A stretch of DNA of 63,738 bases, the filler included, from Lama guanicoe (Eukaryota): assembly GCA_013239625.1 (NCBI GenBank). It is 210 parts of 210 records of this genome, joined end to end, with 100 filler letters (N's around TTAATTAATTAA, not from the genome) between each part and the next. Parts side by side here need not be neighbours in the genome. Positions count along the whole stretch, not along the records: positions 48,335 to 48,538 come from PNXV01032855.1; positions 48,639 to 48,842 come from PNXV01032856.1; positions 48,943 to 49,146 come from PNXV01032857.1; positions 49,247 to 49,450 come from PNXV01032858.1; positions 49,551 to 49,754 come from PNXV01032859.1; positions 49,855 to 50,058 come from PNXV01032860.1; positions 50,159 to 50,362 come from PNXV01032861.1; positions 50,463 to 50,666 come from PNXV01032862.1; 202 more parts are not named here. The stretch is one strand, 5' to 3'. Below are positions 48,457 through 60,364 of the stretch, piece by piece (position 1 is the stretch's first letter; every line of letters starts with the position of its first letter). A model generated the notes under the pieces. The model saw only the letters and a list, made by a program, of their open reading frames with translations, was not told the origin of the DNA and made no database searches. The position numbers and the translations under genes are program-made.

Positions 48457-49550
48457 AGTCTAGGGTCCTCCCATATTCAAAGTCAGCAGAAAGGTTAACA
48501 TTGAGCTTTCTTAGGCCAGCCTCTCCATGCAAAAGAAANNNNNNNNNNNNNNNNNNNNNNNNNNNNNNNNNNNNNNNNNNNNTTAATTAATTAANNNNNN
48601 NNNNNNNNNNNNNNNNNNNNNNNNNNNNNNNNNNNNNNTTTTGCTTTCTGAACCAGAAAAACTCTTAAATACAGTCTATGAAGAAAACTTTGCATCACCA
48701 AGCCAGCCAGTTTTATTTGTGGTACCCTGTAACTCAGAGGCCCCTGCCGTGGCATTGCTCAGAACACTGCTGATCTCTGTTTGGGGTGAATGGCTGTTAA
48801 TGCTTTTGTGTGTAGCGCCTCAAAGCACTTATTTTTATGGAANNNNNNNNNNNNNNNNNNNNNNNNNNNNNNNNNNNNNNNNNNNNTTAATTAATTAANN
48901 NNNNNNNNNNNNNNNNNNNNNNNNNNNNNNNNNNNNNNNNNNGTGTTTTTCACAATTATCAGGAACTTTTGCAAACCTGTTGACTGGTAGTTTGAAATCA
49001 GTAACCTTGGGAGTGTTTATCTTATAGAAAAGCACAAACTTTACAGGTCAGAAAACTCTCCAAACAGGGTTGTTTTTATCTCCCTAGAGTCCCTGCCCAT
49101 TAATTTTATACATCATTTTTCAGATGAATGAATTTTTGAGGCCCACNNNNNNNNNNNNNNNNNNNNNNNNNNNNNNNNNNNNNNNNNNNNTTAATTAATT
49201 AANNNNNNNNNNNNNNNNNNNNNNNNNNNNNNNNNNNNNNNNNNNNATCCTCTTTCCCAAGATCTCCTGGAGGAAGGACGGTAGGATGGCTGCCCTGCTC
49301 CACCCTCGCTGCCCCACACAAGAGGAAGCACCCTCGCCCTCTCTGGGTGCCGCCCCAGACCCTCGCTGAGATAGAGGTGGGTGGCCTTACAGCCTTAGGG
49401 GGTGCATGTGCTGGTAACAGAAATGAAGCTTCCTGAAGCCCCTCTTTGCTNNNNNNNNNNNNNNNNNNNNNNNNNNNNNNNNNNNNNNNNNNNNTTAATT
49501 AATTAANNNNNNNNNNNNNNNNNNNNNNNNNNNNNNNNNNNNNNNNNNNN

Positions 49551-49754
49551 GGACCGAGCTCTTCCGAGGCCTGGGCGTGACCCTGAGCCACCTGTTCCGG
49601 GAGCCAGCCACCACCAACTACCGGTTTGAGAAGGGCCCGCTGAGCCCCCGCTTCCGGGCGGAGCACGCACTGCGCCGCTACCCGGCGCGGGAGGAGCGCC
49701 GCATCGCCCGCGAGCTTTGCGAGGCTGTCTGCCCCGCCCAGGCCATCACCGTCG
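49551..49754 (+). pseudogene. NDUFS8: NDUFS8 processed pseudogene fragment
   Basis: [67 protein letters not shown] versus NDUFS8 [58 protein letters not shown](I/V)CPAQAITI. Two of four Cys in the CxxCxxCxxxCP [4Fe-4S] motif are Arg (49700-02, 49709-11). It runs uninterrupted across the recalled exon junctions in Gly67 and after Gln124. Confidence 0.93.
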
Positions 49755-50462
49755 NNNNNNNNNNNNNNNNNNNNNNNNNNNNNNNNNNNNNNNNNNNNTT
49801 AATTAATTAANNNNNNNNNNNNNNNNNNNNNNNNNNNNNNNNNNNNNNNNNNNNAAGGAGAAGGGAGGGAGTGGCCCCACCAGCTGAGGCTGAGACCCAG
49901 CTGATAGGTGCTAGACTCACGTTCCCCATTTGCGCTGTCCATCTAGAGAGCAGCGATCTTTGACTGCATCTTCTGGCTTCTAGCTGAGGTGGGACAACAT
50001 GGAAGAGAGGCTGAGGACGTTGGAGGAGAGAAGTCAGTCAACAGGGCTTCGGGACCTCNNNNNNNNNNNNNNNNNNNNNNNNNNNNNNNNNNNNNNNNNN
50101 NNTTAATTAATTAANNNNNNNNNNNNNNNNNNNNNNNNNNNNNNNNNNNNNNNNNNNNTAGACCTACACCTTACTGCTGTATATAAATTAGATTGCTATT
50201 GGTCTTCATGAATAATTTTGTTAAAAAACACAAGCTATGCTAGAACCTATAACCACACTTTCTTTTTAATACATGTGAAATATATAAAACACTGGGCCAG
50301 AAGCTGCAGAAACTTTTATTTTCAGAATAGGTGAGGTAATGATTATCAAAATCTTTCCCACANNNNNNNNNNNNNNNNNNNNNNNNNNNNNNNNNNNNNN
50401 NNNNNNTTAATTAATTAANNNNNNNNNNNNNNNNNNNNNNNNNNNNNNNNNNNNNNNNNNNN

Positions 50463-50666
50463 AAGTCAACCACATAGTGACAAGTACCCAATTCATGGGA
50501 AATCCGGTCCAGCAAATCTGTTATATTTGGCACAGCTGCGTGCACGCGTGTAGTGAGTTTATGCAGTTTCCGATAGTCCACTGTCATCTTCCAGGAGCCT
50601 TCAGGCTTAGCCACAGTGGAGAGTTACACGGGCTATGGGTCGCCCAAATAAAACCGGCTTCCTCAA
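50463..50666 (-). mobile_element. pol: Class III ERV (ERV-L/ERV-S-like) reverse transcriptase N-terminal fragment, frameshifted
   Basis: EEAGFIWATHSPCNSPLW, frameshift, AKPEGSWKMTVDYRKLHKLTTRVHAAVPNITDLLDRISHELGTCHYVVD; matches RT motif SP.NSP.WPV.K.DGSW.MTVDYR.LN. Confidence 0.9.
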
Positions 50667-51678
50667 NNNNNNNNNNNNNNNNNNNNNNNNNNNNNNNNNN
50701 NNNNNNNNNNTTAATTAATTAANNNNNNNNNNNNNNNNNNNNNNNNNNNNNNNNNNNNNNNNNNNNGCCCCGGAGCCGCCGGAGAGGGGTACAGCCTGGC
50801 CCTCACCTCGACTTCAGCCTCATAAGACCCTGAGCAGAGCATGCAGCCGCCGCAGGCCTGGCCGGTCGGCCCAAAGAACCACGAGCCAGTAACAGCTGTC
50901 ATTTTGAGCCTCTAAGTTTTTGGTAATAGATTTCACATCAATAAAAGACTCATCAAGGTCTTAATTTTATNNNNNNNNNNNNNNNNNNNNNNNNNNNNNN
51001 NNNNNNNNNNNNNNTTAATTAATTAANNNNNNNNNNNNNNNNNNNNNNNNNNNNNNNNNNNNNNNNNNNNAAAAAAAACTATGTAGATTTCAATGTACAA
51101 ATCTGGCACCCTTTTTTTAAACAGATACCTGATTATTTTATTCTGATGCTATTATAAATGGAATTTAAAACGATTCTTTTTCCTAATTTCATGTTACTGG
51201 TACACAGAAGCACAGCTGACTTGGTCCCTGCAGTCTTGCTAAATTCAACTGTTACTTCTAGAAGACTTCTTCGCNNNNNNNNNNNNNNNNNNNNNNNNNN
51301 NNNNNNNNNNNNNNNNNNTTAATTAATTAANNNNNNNNNNNNNNNNNNNNNNNNNNNNNNNNNNNNNNNNNNNNCCTAAGTTTAGGGTTCCTCTCCCACA
51401 GCAGAATCCACTGTGTGTGCAGGTGTAACCTGGCCCTCTTTGCATTGTGGGAACTGACAGTCAGGGAACCAGCTTAAAAATACCACTGCTGTGAGTAAAA
51501 AACTGTTCTTTGACTCTGGAGCAAGAGTCTCTGTCTTCTACCAGCCTCCATGAAACATAGCAAGCTAACTTGCAAATANNNNNNNNNNNNNNNNNNNNNN
51601 NNNNNNNNNNNNNNNNNNNNNNTTAATTAATTAANNNNNNNNNNNNNNNNNNNNNNNNNNNNNNNNNNNNNNNNNNNN

Positions 51679-51815
51679 CAAGGGAGCACAGCTCTGCTGA
51701 CACCTTAGTCTTGGTGGGTGAAACTGATTCCAGACTGAGAAGAGAATACATTTCTGTTGTTTTCAGCCCCTCCGTTTGTGGTGATTTGCTATAATGGACT
51801 CAGGAAACCCACACA
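51679..51815 (+). mobile_element. MaLR LTR 3' end (MLT1)
   Basis: 'gggagcacagctctgctgacacctt...actgagaagagaatacatttctgttgttttcagccc..cgtttgtggtgatttgcta..a..g...caggaaac'. Confidence 0.85.
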
Positions 51816-53806
51816 GACACTCGAGCCCTGCACCTACTACAGCTCTTTGTATAGAAGGCAGGCCAGATCTGCTTAATACAAANNNNNNNNNNNNNNNNNN
51901 NNNNNNNNNNNNNNNNNNNNNNNNNNTTAATTAATTAANNNNNNNNNNNNNNNNNNNNNNNNNNNNNNNNNNNNNNNNNNNNATTCATGGACAGGGAACA
52001 GATGTAGAGTGCGGGTGGTTCTGGTGGAACGACTATGAAGGCTGATTCCTTCTTAAAGGGGGGAAGGAGCCCAGCCCAGAAGCAGGAGGACAATCTTCTG
52101 TGTTGTTATTAAATGCCCTGTGGCACCTGTTCCGGCTAATTAGGTGCACAGGGGTGAGTGCCTTGTCCTCCTGAACAGGGATGTGTNNNNNNNNNNNNNN
52201 NNNNNNNNNNNNNNNNNNNNNNNNNNNNNNTTAATTAATTAANNNNNNNNNNNNNNNNNNNNNNNNNNNNNNNNNNNNNNNNNNNNCGTCTGTGACAGAC
52301 ACTGGACTATGTGTCGTTAGTGGGGTCCACAGACATCCAGCAGATTCCTGCTCCGGGGCCCCGCAAGTGTCCAGCTGCTGCCCTTCAAAGATAATACAGA
52401 ACATTCCTTTCCCAGCACACACCTCCCTTAGCGGAACTAACTACACTGGACAGTGAACGCTGTACGATGCCCGGAGGCCTGACCACCTGGNNNNNNNNNN
52501 NNNNNNNNNNNNNNNNNNNNNNNNNNNNNNNNNNTTAATTAATTAANNNNNNNNNNNNNNNNNNNNNNNNNNNNNNNNNNNNNNNNNNNNTCAGTGAGTC
52601 TGGTTCCCATCATTTATAGGGGAGGAAACCAAGGCCCAGTGAGGGTCGGCATCTTGCCTAGGGTCACAGGAGTCTCTGGTCCAGTGCTCTGCCCTTCACC
52701 ATCACGGGGCCATCAAGGAGAGGGCAGGGGCACTGGGAGATGAGCAGGGTGTGGGGAGCCTACTCAGGACCACCCCTCCATCCCAGGCCACAGANNNNNN
52801 NNNNNNNNNNNNNNNNNNNNNNNNNNNNNNNNNNNNNNTTAATTAATTAANNNNNNNNNNNNNNNNNNNNNNNNNNNNNNNNNNNNNNNNNNNNATTCCC
52901 TTCCTTTTTATGGCGGAATAAGATTCTGCTTTGTACATGCCACATTTTTTTTGGCCGTTCACTCATCAGCAGACACAGACTTGGACCATGTAATGATGCT
53001 TTAAGTGCTCTGGCAAGGCAGTCTCACCTTATACCTGTTCTACCACTGAGCATTCTATCCTCTTTAGAGCTAATCTTAAGGAAGCTGTTTTGCTTCTTNN
53101 NNNNNNNNNNNNNNNNNNNNNNNNNNNNNNNNNNNNNNNNNNTTAATTAATTAANNNNNNNNNNNNNNNNNNNNNNNNNNNNNNNNNNNNNNNNNNNNCA
53201 AAATGGCACCCTCGCCTTCTGTTGGAGTTCCCTGACCAGGCAAGCCAGGGAAATCACGCATTCCTAAGAGTCCTTTTGCGTAAGCACATCCAGCTACAGC
53301 AGGAGGGAGCTTTTCCCCTTAAGATAGAAACATAGATGTCTTCAGCAGCTATGCCCAGCTTTAAACCCACGTTACTCCTCTTGACTGAAGTTAGCACCAT
53401 TTNNNNNNNNNNNNNNNNNNNNNNNNNNNNNNNNNNNNNNNNNNNNTTAATTAATTAANNNNNNNNNNNNNNNNNNNNNNNNNNNNNNNNNNNNNNNNNN
53501 NNTAAATTTAGACATTAATTTCCTTAAACGTAAGTCCTTTTAGAATTGAATTTTACAGAATGATTTCATAAAGCAGAACACTGTATTTTCTACAGTTTTA
53601 TTGATATTTTTATTTTTATACCGTAACTGTTTGTTATACTTACAGATCCCTTTGGGCCAGGTAACCCTATATCTCCCTAAATCAATAAAACCCAATTATA
53701 TTAGAANNNNNNNNNNNNNNNNNNNNNNNNNNNNNNNNNNNNNNNNNNNNTTAATTAATTAANNNNNNNNNNNNNNNNNNNNNNNNNNNNNNNNNNNNNN
53801 NNNNNN

Positions 53807-54010
53807 AGGCTAAGTCCAAGATCAAGGTATGAGGACGTTAATGTCCTGGGTGAGGGCCCCACCTTATGGCTCATAGCAAGCCTTCTCCTGTGTTCTCAAA
53901 TGATGGAATGAGTGAGAGATCTCTGTGGGGTCTCTTTTCTAAAGGCATTGACCCATTCTTTGGGGCTTCACCCTCACAACCTAATCACCTCTCACAGGCA
54001 CCAGGATTTC
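53807..54010 (-). mobile_element. MaLR LTR fragment (MLT1A/B-like)
   Basis: 'aagtccaagatcaagg...gggtgagggccc...ccttctcctgtgttctca.atg.tggaa...ccctcacaacctaatcacctc'. Confidence 0.85.
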
Positions 54011-54110
54011 NNNNNNNNNNNNNNNNNNNNNNNNNNNNNNNNNNNNNNNNNNNNTTAATTAATTAANNNNNNNNNNNNNNNNNNNNNNNNNNNNNNNNNN
54101 NNNNNNNNNN

Positions 54111-54314
54111 GTTTTGTTTCATTGGTCTATGTTTGTTTTTATGCCAGTGCCATGCTGTTTTGATTACTTTGGCTTTGTAACACAGTTCGCAATCCAGACG
54201 TGTGATGCGTCCATCTTTTGTTTTTTGTTCTTAAGAATGCTTTGGCTATTATGGTCTTCTGTGGTTCCATAAGAATTTTAGGATTATTTTTCCCATTTCT
54301 GTGAAAAATGCCAT
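54111..54314 (-). mobile_element. L1 ORF2 fragment
   Basis: 'tgtttcattggtctatg...tttttatgccagtgccatgctgttttgattact...tttggctatt..ggtcttctgtggttccata.gaattttaggatt'. Confidence 0.92.
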
Positions 54315-55326
54315 NNNNNNNNNNNNNNNNNNNNNNNNNNNNNNNNNNNNNNNNNNNNTTAATTAATTAANNNNNNNNNNNNNNNNNNNNNNNNNNNNNN
54401 NNNNNNNNNNNNNNTCTGTCCCCAAGTCCGTGGTTAACACAGTGGGCCCGCGGCGAATGAGTCCTTAGCAGGCCCTGTCGAAGAGTCTCCTGATTATGCT
54501 TTCAAATAGAGCTTACGTCCACGAAAAAGAACATGAAAAACAATACAGTGAGTGTTGCTGAAGCGTAACAATAACCAATTCGTCCTTAAAATTGGTGATG
54601 TTCACTCTCGTTTTTTCANNNNNNNNNNNNNNNNNNNNNNNNNNNNNNNNNNNNNNNNNNNNTTAATTAATTAANNNNNNNNNNNNNNNNNNNNNNNNNN
54701 NNNNNNNNNNNNNNNNNNAGGCAAATGAGAGCCCTGAACCAGGTGGCTATGAGTAGAATGAACTCAGATTTGTGCTCTGATGGCAGTGGTTGTGCTGGCC
54801 CAATACATATTTACCTTGAAGAGGATGACCCAAAGAGGAAGATCCAGATATTTGAGATGAATATTGGATAGCAAAGAAATGACTAATCGAGTCCACTGCC
54901 TTTATAAAAATGATGCCAAAATNNNNNNNNNNNNNNNNNNNNNNNNNNNNNNNNNNNNNNNNNNNNTTAATTAATTAANNNNNNNNNNNNNNNNNNNNNN
55001 NNNNNNNNNNNNNNNNNNNNNNATCTCCCTGGATTCCCAACATGACAGCACGAAGTCCAGAGACAAGTGGAACACAGACCAGGAGGACTACAGTGACCAG
55101 GACCTGGCTGGAACCCCAGAACTGGGGCCCCCAAAGGGCCCCTCGTGGGAGAGGAGCAGCTCTGGGGGATGGCCCCTGAGGTGAGTCACGGGACCTCTGG
55201 GAAATGGGGAAGTCTCAAAGGAGGGANNNNNNNNNNNNNNNNNNNNNNNNNNNNNNNNNNNNNNNNNNNNTTAATTAATTAANNNNNNNNNNNNNNNNNN
55301 NNNNNNNNNNNNNNNNNNNNNNNNNN

Positions 55327-55530
55327 GGGGATCTTCAGAACGGTCCAGATGATGTTTGCGTAGGAGAGAATCACCATCACCAGGGTGACCACCAAGGTCA
55401 CAACTGCTAAGATAAAGTCAGCCAGCTCCAGGAGTCGTGTGTCTGAGCAGGATATTTCTATGAGGGGTCCATAGTCACAAAAATAATGATTCAGCATGTT
55501 GGAGGCACAGAAATCCAGTTGACTGGTTAG
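55327..55530 (-). CDS. Olfactory receptor fragment (OR6C4/OR2AP1-like), ECL2-TM5
   Basis: 68 open codons [68 protein letters not shown], with FC..N..NH.FCD..PL...SCSDT and SY motifs. Confidence 0.95.
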
Positions 55531-55954
55531 NNNNNNNNNNNNNNNNNNNNNNNNNNNNNNNNNNNNNNNNNNNNTTAATTAATTAANNNNNNNNNNNNNN
55601 NNNNNNNNNNNNNNNNNNNNNNNNNNNNNNTTAGGATGTGTTTGAGCCTACCTGACTATCAGTCTGAAGCAAACAGATAATAGTAAAGATTAACATACTT
55701 GAAAAACAGGGTAACCACAAATCAAAAGTACACAATAGAGTCACAAAACCAAAAAGAACCTAAGCTAATACCAAAAAAAAAAAAAATCAAACCACAAAAA
55801 GGAAAAGAAAGGAACAAAGAAATATCAAATCAACNNNNNNNNNNNNNNNNNNNNNNNNNNNNNNNNNNNNNNNNNNNNTTAATTAATTAANNNNNNNNNN
55901 NNNNNNNNNNNNNNNNNNNNNNNNNNNNNNNNNNCAGAAGATTTTTAAATATAC

Positions 55955-56075
55955 CACAGCCCCCTCTCCAGAGATTCTGCCTTAATTTGTCTAGTGTGGG
56001 GCCTGGCAATCAATTTCTTGTTAGTATTTCCGAGGTGCTTTTAATGTGCAGCCAGGGTGGAGAAGTCCTGCCCTA
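55955..56075. mobile_element. MER5B-like hAT MITE fragment
   Basis: 'ccagagattctg..ttaatt.gtct.g.gtggggcctggca...aggtg.ttttaatgtgcagccagggtggagaa..c.tgccct'. Confidence 0.7.
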
Positions 56076-59075
56076 AGTCTTACAGCACGAGTCAGCCGCC
56101 CAGTTTCCTTGGCAGTCTGGCTTCACTTTAGGCTTAGANNNNNNNNNNNNNNNNNNNNNNNNNNNNNNNNNNNNNNNNNNNNTTAATTAATTAANNNNNN
56201 NNNNNNNNNNNNNNNNNNNNNNNNNNNNNNNNNNNNNNCAACAAACTGGAGAGCTCCTCATCTTTATAAACCTTAACTGGCAGCTCCCGGCTAAGTGCCA
56301 CCCTACAGAGCCTGGTTCTGCTGGAATGAGAGACTGTGTGGACTCAAAGCCTAACTCACATGTTCTGCTGTTTTATTACTGGCAAGAAGGAGAATGCAAA
56401 TGAGTGTCAGTCAGGGTTTTATGTTTTCCTATGTAGCCTCAANNNNNNNNNNNNNNNNNNNNNNNNNNNNNNNNNNNNNNNNNNNNTTAATTAATTAANN
56501 NNNNNNNNNNNNNNNNNNNNNNNNNNNNNNNNNNNNNNNNNNTTGTATCTCAGAATAAGAAGAGAGGATCGATTCTTTTTGTGCAGTGTTTCTCACAGCA
56601 TTTCTTTGTGTTGCCAAGCTTACTTGTAGCGCTGAAGCTTGTCAGAGTTCTCATAACGAATGCATAAGTGACCTAAATTACAACCCTTCACCTCTGTCAC
56701 CCGAGCCTTATGCTACCCTAATGCTTCCGGGGGGGATGGTCTGCCTNNNNNNNNNNNNNNNNNNNNNNNNNNNNNNNNNNNNNNNNNNNNTTAATTAATT
56801 AANNNNNNNNNNNNNNNNNNNNNNNNNNNNNNNNNNNNNNNNNNNNTCCAGTCAGCCCAGTGATTTAGGAGGAACCCAGTGTCCAGGCAACAACTCCCTT
56901 TTTTGTTTCCAGAAGAGACGGTTTGTTTAGTTTGTCCTAGAACTCCCCGGAACATAGTCAAAACAATTTTGGTTGAAAAAAAACTTCTGAAGTTACTAGG
57001 TACTCACCATGGTCACAGAAAAACCTAAATCATGCCTCACTGAATCATCTNNNNNNNNNNNNNNNNNNNNNNNNNNNNNNNNNNNNNNNNNNNNTTAATT
57101 AATTAANNNNNNNNNNNNNNNNNNNNNNNNNNNNNNNNNNNNNNNNNNNNGAGCTGTCAGGGGCCACCCAGGGCGGGTGTCGGTGAGCCCCAGTTCTCCC
57201 GGAGTAGTGCCAGTGATTTCAGGACATGAGAGCGCCCTCCACCACCTGCTGTCCCTGCTCCCCACCCGAGCCCTGACTGTCTGGTCCCCCCTCACCTGGG
57301 GCACCTTTAGAAAGGTTTTCTCTCAACAGCAGCACGTGCACATGTGCACGCGTGNNNNNNNNNNNNNNNNNNNNNNNNNNNNNNNNNNNNNNNNNNNNTT
57401 AATTAATTAANNNNNNNNNNNNNNNNNNNNNNNNNNNNNNNNNNNNNNNNNNNNAGAGCTGATTGTAACTGTCCACATTCACTATCCAGGAAGGATTAAT
57501 CCACGGTGATAAACTCTGCTAAAAATGTGCTTTGGAGTCCTCTGCTTTTCTTTAGAGAGTACAGCCTTAGGGTGTTCTGATTTAGTTTCCTTTCAGAATT
57601 TTCCTTCTTTTATTCTTCTCAGTTCCTCATTCTGATTTGGTGGAAATAGAGAAATGACNNNNNNNNNNNNNNNNNNNNNNNNNNNNNNNNNNNNNNNNNN
57701 NNTTAATTAATTAANNNNNNNNNNNNNNNNNNNNNNNNNNNNNNNNNNNNNNNNNNNNGATTTTCATCAGGGCTTAAGTTGTTACCGGTTTTCATAACGT
57801 AGTGACTAAAAACATTGCATTTGCGATTGCCACATTGTTAAGAACATTTACAATTATTTCAAGAATTTAAATTATACTTTTCAAAACAGTATCTGGGAGG
57901 GGGCTTTATAAAGCAGTGTGTGTGTCTGTGTGAATATGTGTACATGTATGTAGATATGTGTGNNNNNNNNNNNNNNNNNNNNNNNNNNNNNNNNNNNNNN
58001 NNNNNNTTAATTAATTAANNNNNNNNNNNNNNNNNNNNNNNNNNNNNNNNNNNNNNNNNNNNAACTGGCTTTGCCTCTCTGAGCCTTGTGTTGAAAATCT
58101 CTTCTTTGGACAGTCTCTTCTCCCTCACGCCCCGGGAGCCTACCTGCCCCTGCGCCTGCCTCTGGCTGCCTGGAGCCCTGGCTGGCAGGGGCTCCTTCCT
58201 CGAGCACAGCGCCTTCGCTCCAGCACCGGCAGGTGGGCAAGTGCCCCCCACCGTCCTCGTCACCACNNNNNNNNNNNNNNNNNNNNNNNNNNNNNNNNNN
58301 NNNNNNNNNNTTAATTAATTAANNNNNNNNNNNNNNNNNNNNNNNNNNNNNNNNNNNNNNNNNNNNATGACTATTCCTGAACCCCACGGCCTCTCTGAGA
58401 AGTGGGTTCTGCTACTCCATCCTAGTCAGGAGGCACAGAAGCAGAGAGAAGAGATTAAGACATTGCCTGAAGTCACTGAGGAACCTGGGTTGAAACCCTG
58501 AGCTGCCCTGAATTTGAAGTTAAGCACATGAGTCCAGGAGGCAGGCAAGCCCACTGCTATAGCTGTGTGCNNNNNNNNNNNNNNNNNNNNNNNNNNNNNN
58601 NNNNNNNNNNNNNNTTAATTAATTAANNNNNNNNNNNNNNNNNNNNNNNNNNNNNNNNNNNNNNNNNNNNGACCCCCTTCATCTCTGGTTGCCACCCCTA
58701 CTTTGGGGCCTTTGCACAAACTCTTCCCTGTGACTCCAAATCGCAGCCCGGCCAGTCCAGCCCAGTGCCCTGCCCCCCTGGTTCCTGCTGCTGCTGCTCC
58801 GGACACAGGCTGTCGCTACTGCCTGACAAGGGACTGGGCCCGGGACCCCAGGAGCCACTGGGTCTGCTTCCCATNNNNNNNNNNNNNNNNNNNNNNNNNN
58901 NNNNNNNNNNNNNNNNNNTTAATTAATTAANNNNNNNNNNNNNNNNNNNNNNNNNNNNNNNNNNNNNNNNNNNNTGAGATGAGACCTGAGTGGATGTGCA
59001 GACAGAAGTATTTGCGGGACTAGGGGGTGGGGGCTGGGGGACTGTCATAGTTCCAGTTTGACCACAAGCAATTAA

Positions 59076-59178
59076 TTTCTGCTGTATAGCACAGGGAATT
59101 ATATTCAATATCCTGTAATAACCTTTAACGAAAAAGAATATGAGTACAAATATATGTATATATATGCATGACTGGGAC
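59076..59178 (+). mobile_element. L1 3' end, camelid-type
   Basis: 'tctgctgtatagcacagggaattatattcaatatcctgtaataacctttaacgaaaaagaatatga...atgcatgactgggac'; same family as 6385-6588. Confidence 0.88.
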
Positions 59179-60324
59179 NNNNNNNNNNNNNNNNNNNNNN
59201 NNNNNNNNNNNNNNNNNNNNNNTTAATTAATTAANNNNNNNNNNNNNNNNNNNNNNNNNNNNNNNNNNNNNNNNNNNNAACAGATTTTGCTGCAATGCCT
59301 AGTCTTCATGCCCTTTATTCTCATAATCGCCCAGATCTAATAGTTCATGTTACCACCTTACCTCTCTTATTCCTCTTATATGTTTCTTTTTCCTTTTTCA
59401 AAGTCAACTCATCAGAGGCTGTTACAATGATGCATTGCACATCTCAGTTCCAATATCCATTTCTTCCTTTATACACACACACNNNNNNNNNNNNNNNNNN
59501 NNNNNNNNNNNNNNNNNNNNNNNNNNTTAATTAATTAANNNNNNNNNNNNNNNNNNNNNNNNNNNNNNNNNNNNNNNNNNNNTTGACCACATAATTAGAA
59601 TTTCACTGAAGCAATTTCCAGCAAGTTTTTGATCTTCATGGTTCGTGAGGGTTTAATATTACCAAAGAGGCAAGTTCCCACTTCTGGATCACAAAGATAT
59701 TTTTCTCTATTTTTACCTCTTAGCTTTATGCTGTCTTTCCCTTTCAAGTCTTGCATTCTGCATCCACCTTGTAGTTTGTGAAGGAANNNNNNNNNNNNNN
59801 NNNNNNNNNNNNNNNNNNNNNNNNNNNNNNTTAATTAATTAANNNNNNNNNNNNNNNNNNNNNNNNNNNNNNNNNNNNNNNNNNNNCTAAACAACGAACA
59901 CCCTGTCTGCATAAACTATGTTCTAGTAAAGGACATTGACAATAAAAAACAGATATTTATCAAAGTGCTATCGAGATAAAACAGTAAAAGGTGAAGGTTT
60001 GTCAAGGAAGTCAATTCTGAAGTAGCAAGCCATGAAAATACGGGAAAATTTGTTTCAGGCAGAGGGAAAATAAAGCACAAAGGCCTTGAGNNNNNNNNNN
60101 NNNNNNNNNNNNNNNNNNNNNNNNNNNNNNNNNNTTAATTAATTAANNNNNNNNNNNNNNNNNNNNNNNNNNNNNNNNNNNNNNNNNNNNCGGAGCCCGG
60201 AGTCCTGGGGGACGAGGCCAGAGTTGGGCGCGCCGCGGAGTTGCGCCCGCGCCCGGGGCCCCGCGTCCCCGCGCCCCGCGAACTCCGGCGGCGGCTGAGG
60301 CGACGGCTGCGCGGCCCGAGCAGC

Positions 60325-60364
60325 ATGCCGAGGAGGAAGCAGCAGGCCCCCCGGCGCTCGGCAG
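60325..60364 (+). CDS. TSHZ1: Teashirt zinc finger homeobox 1, coding exon 1 (in CpG island 60191-60394)
   Basis: ATG CCG AGG AGG AAG CAG CAG GCC CCC CGG CGC TCG GCA G|GTAACG encodes MPRRKQQAPRRSA with a phase-1 donor; RRSA distinguishes TSHZ1 from TSHZ3 (RRAA) and TSHZ2 (KRAA). Confidence 0.9.

Noticed and set aside
49551..49754. Functional NDUFS8 or bacterial nuoI contaminant
   Set aside because: The sequence is close to mammalian NDUFS8, lacks introns, and has lost two Fe-S-ligating cysteines.
57002..57013. Minus-strand ACC-ATG|GTGAGT as a Met-only first coding exon
   Set aside because: A single short motif with no gene recognised; expected by chance in about 43 kb of sequence.
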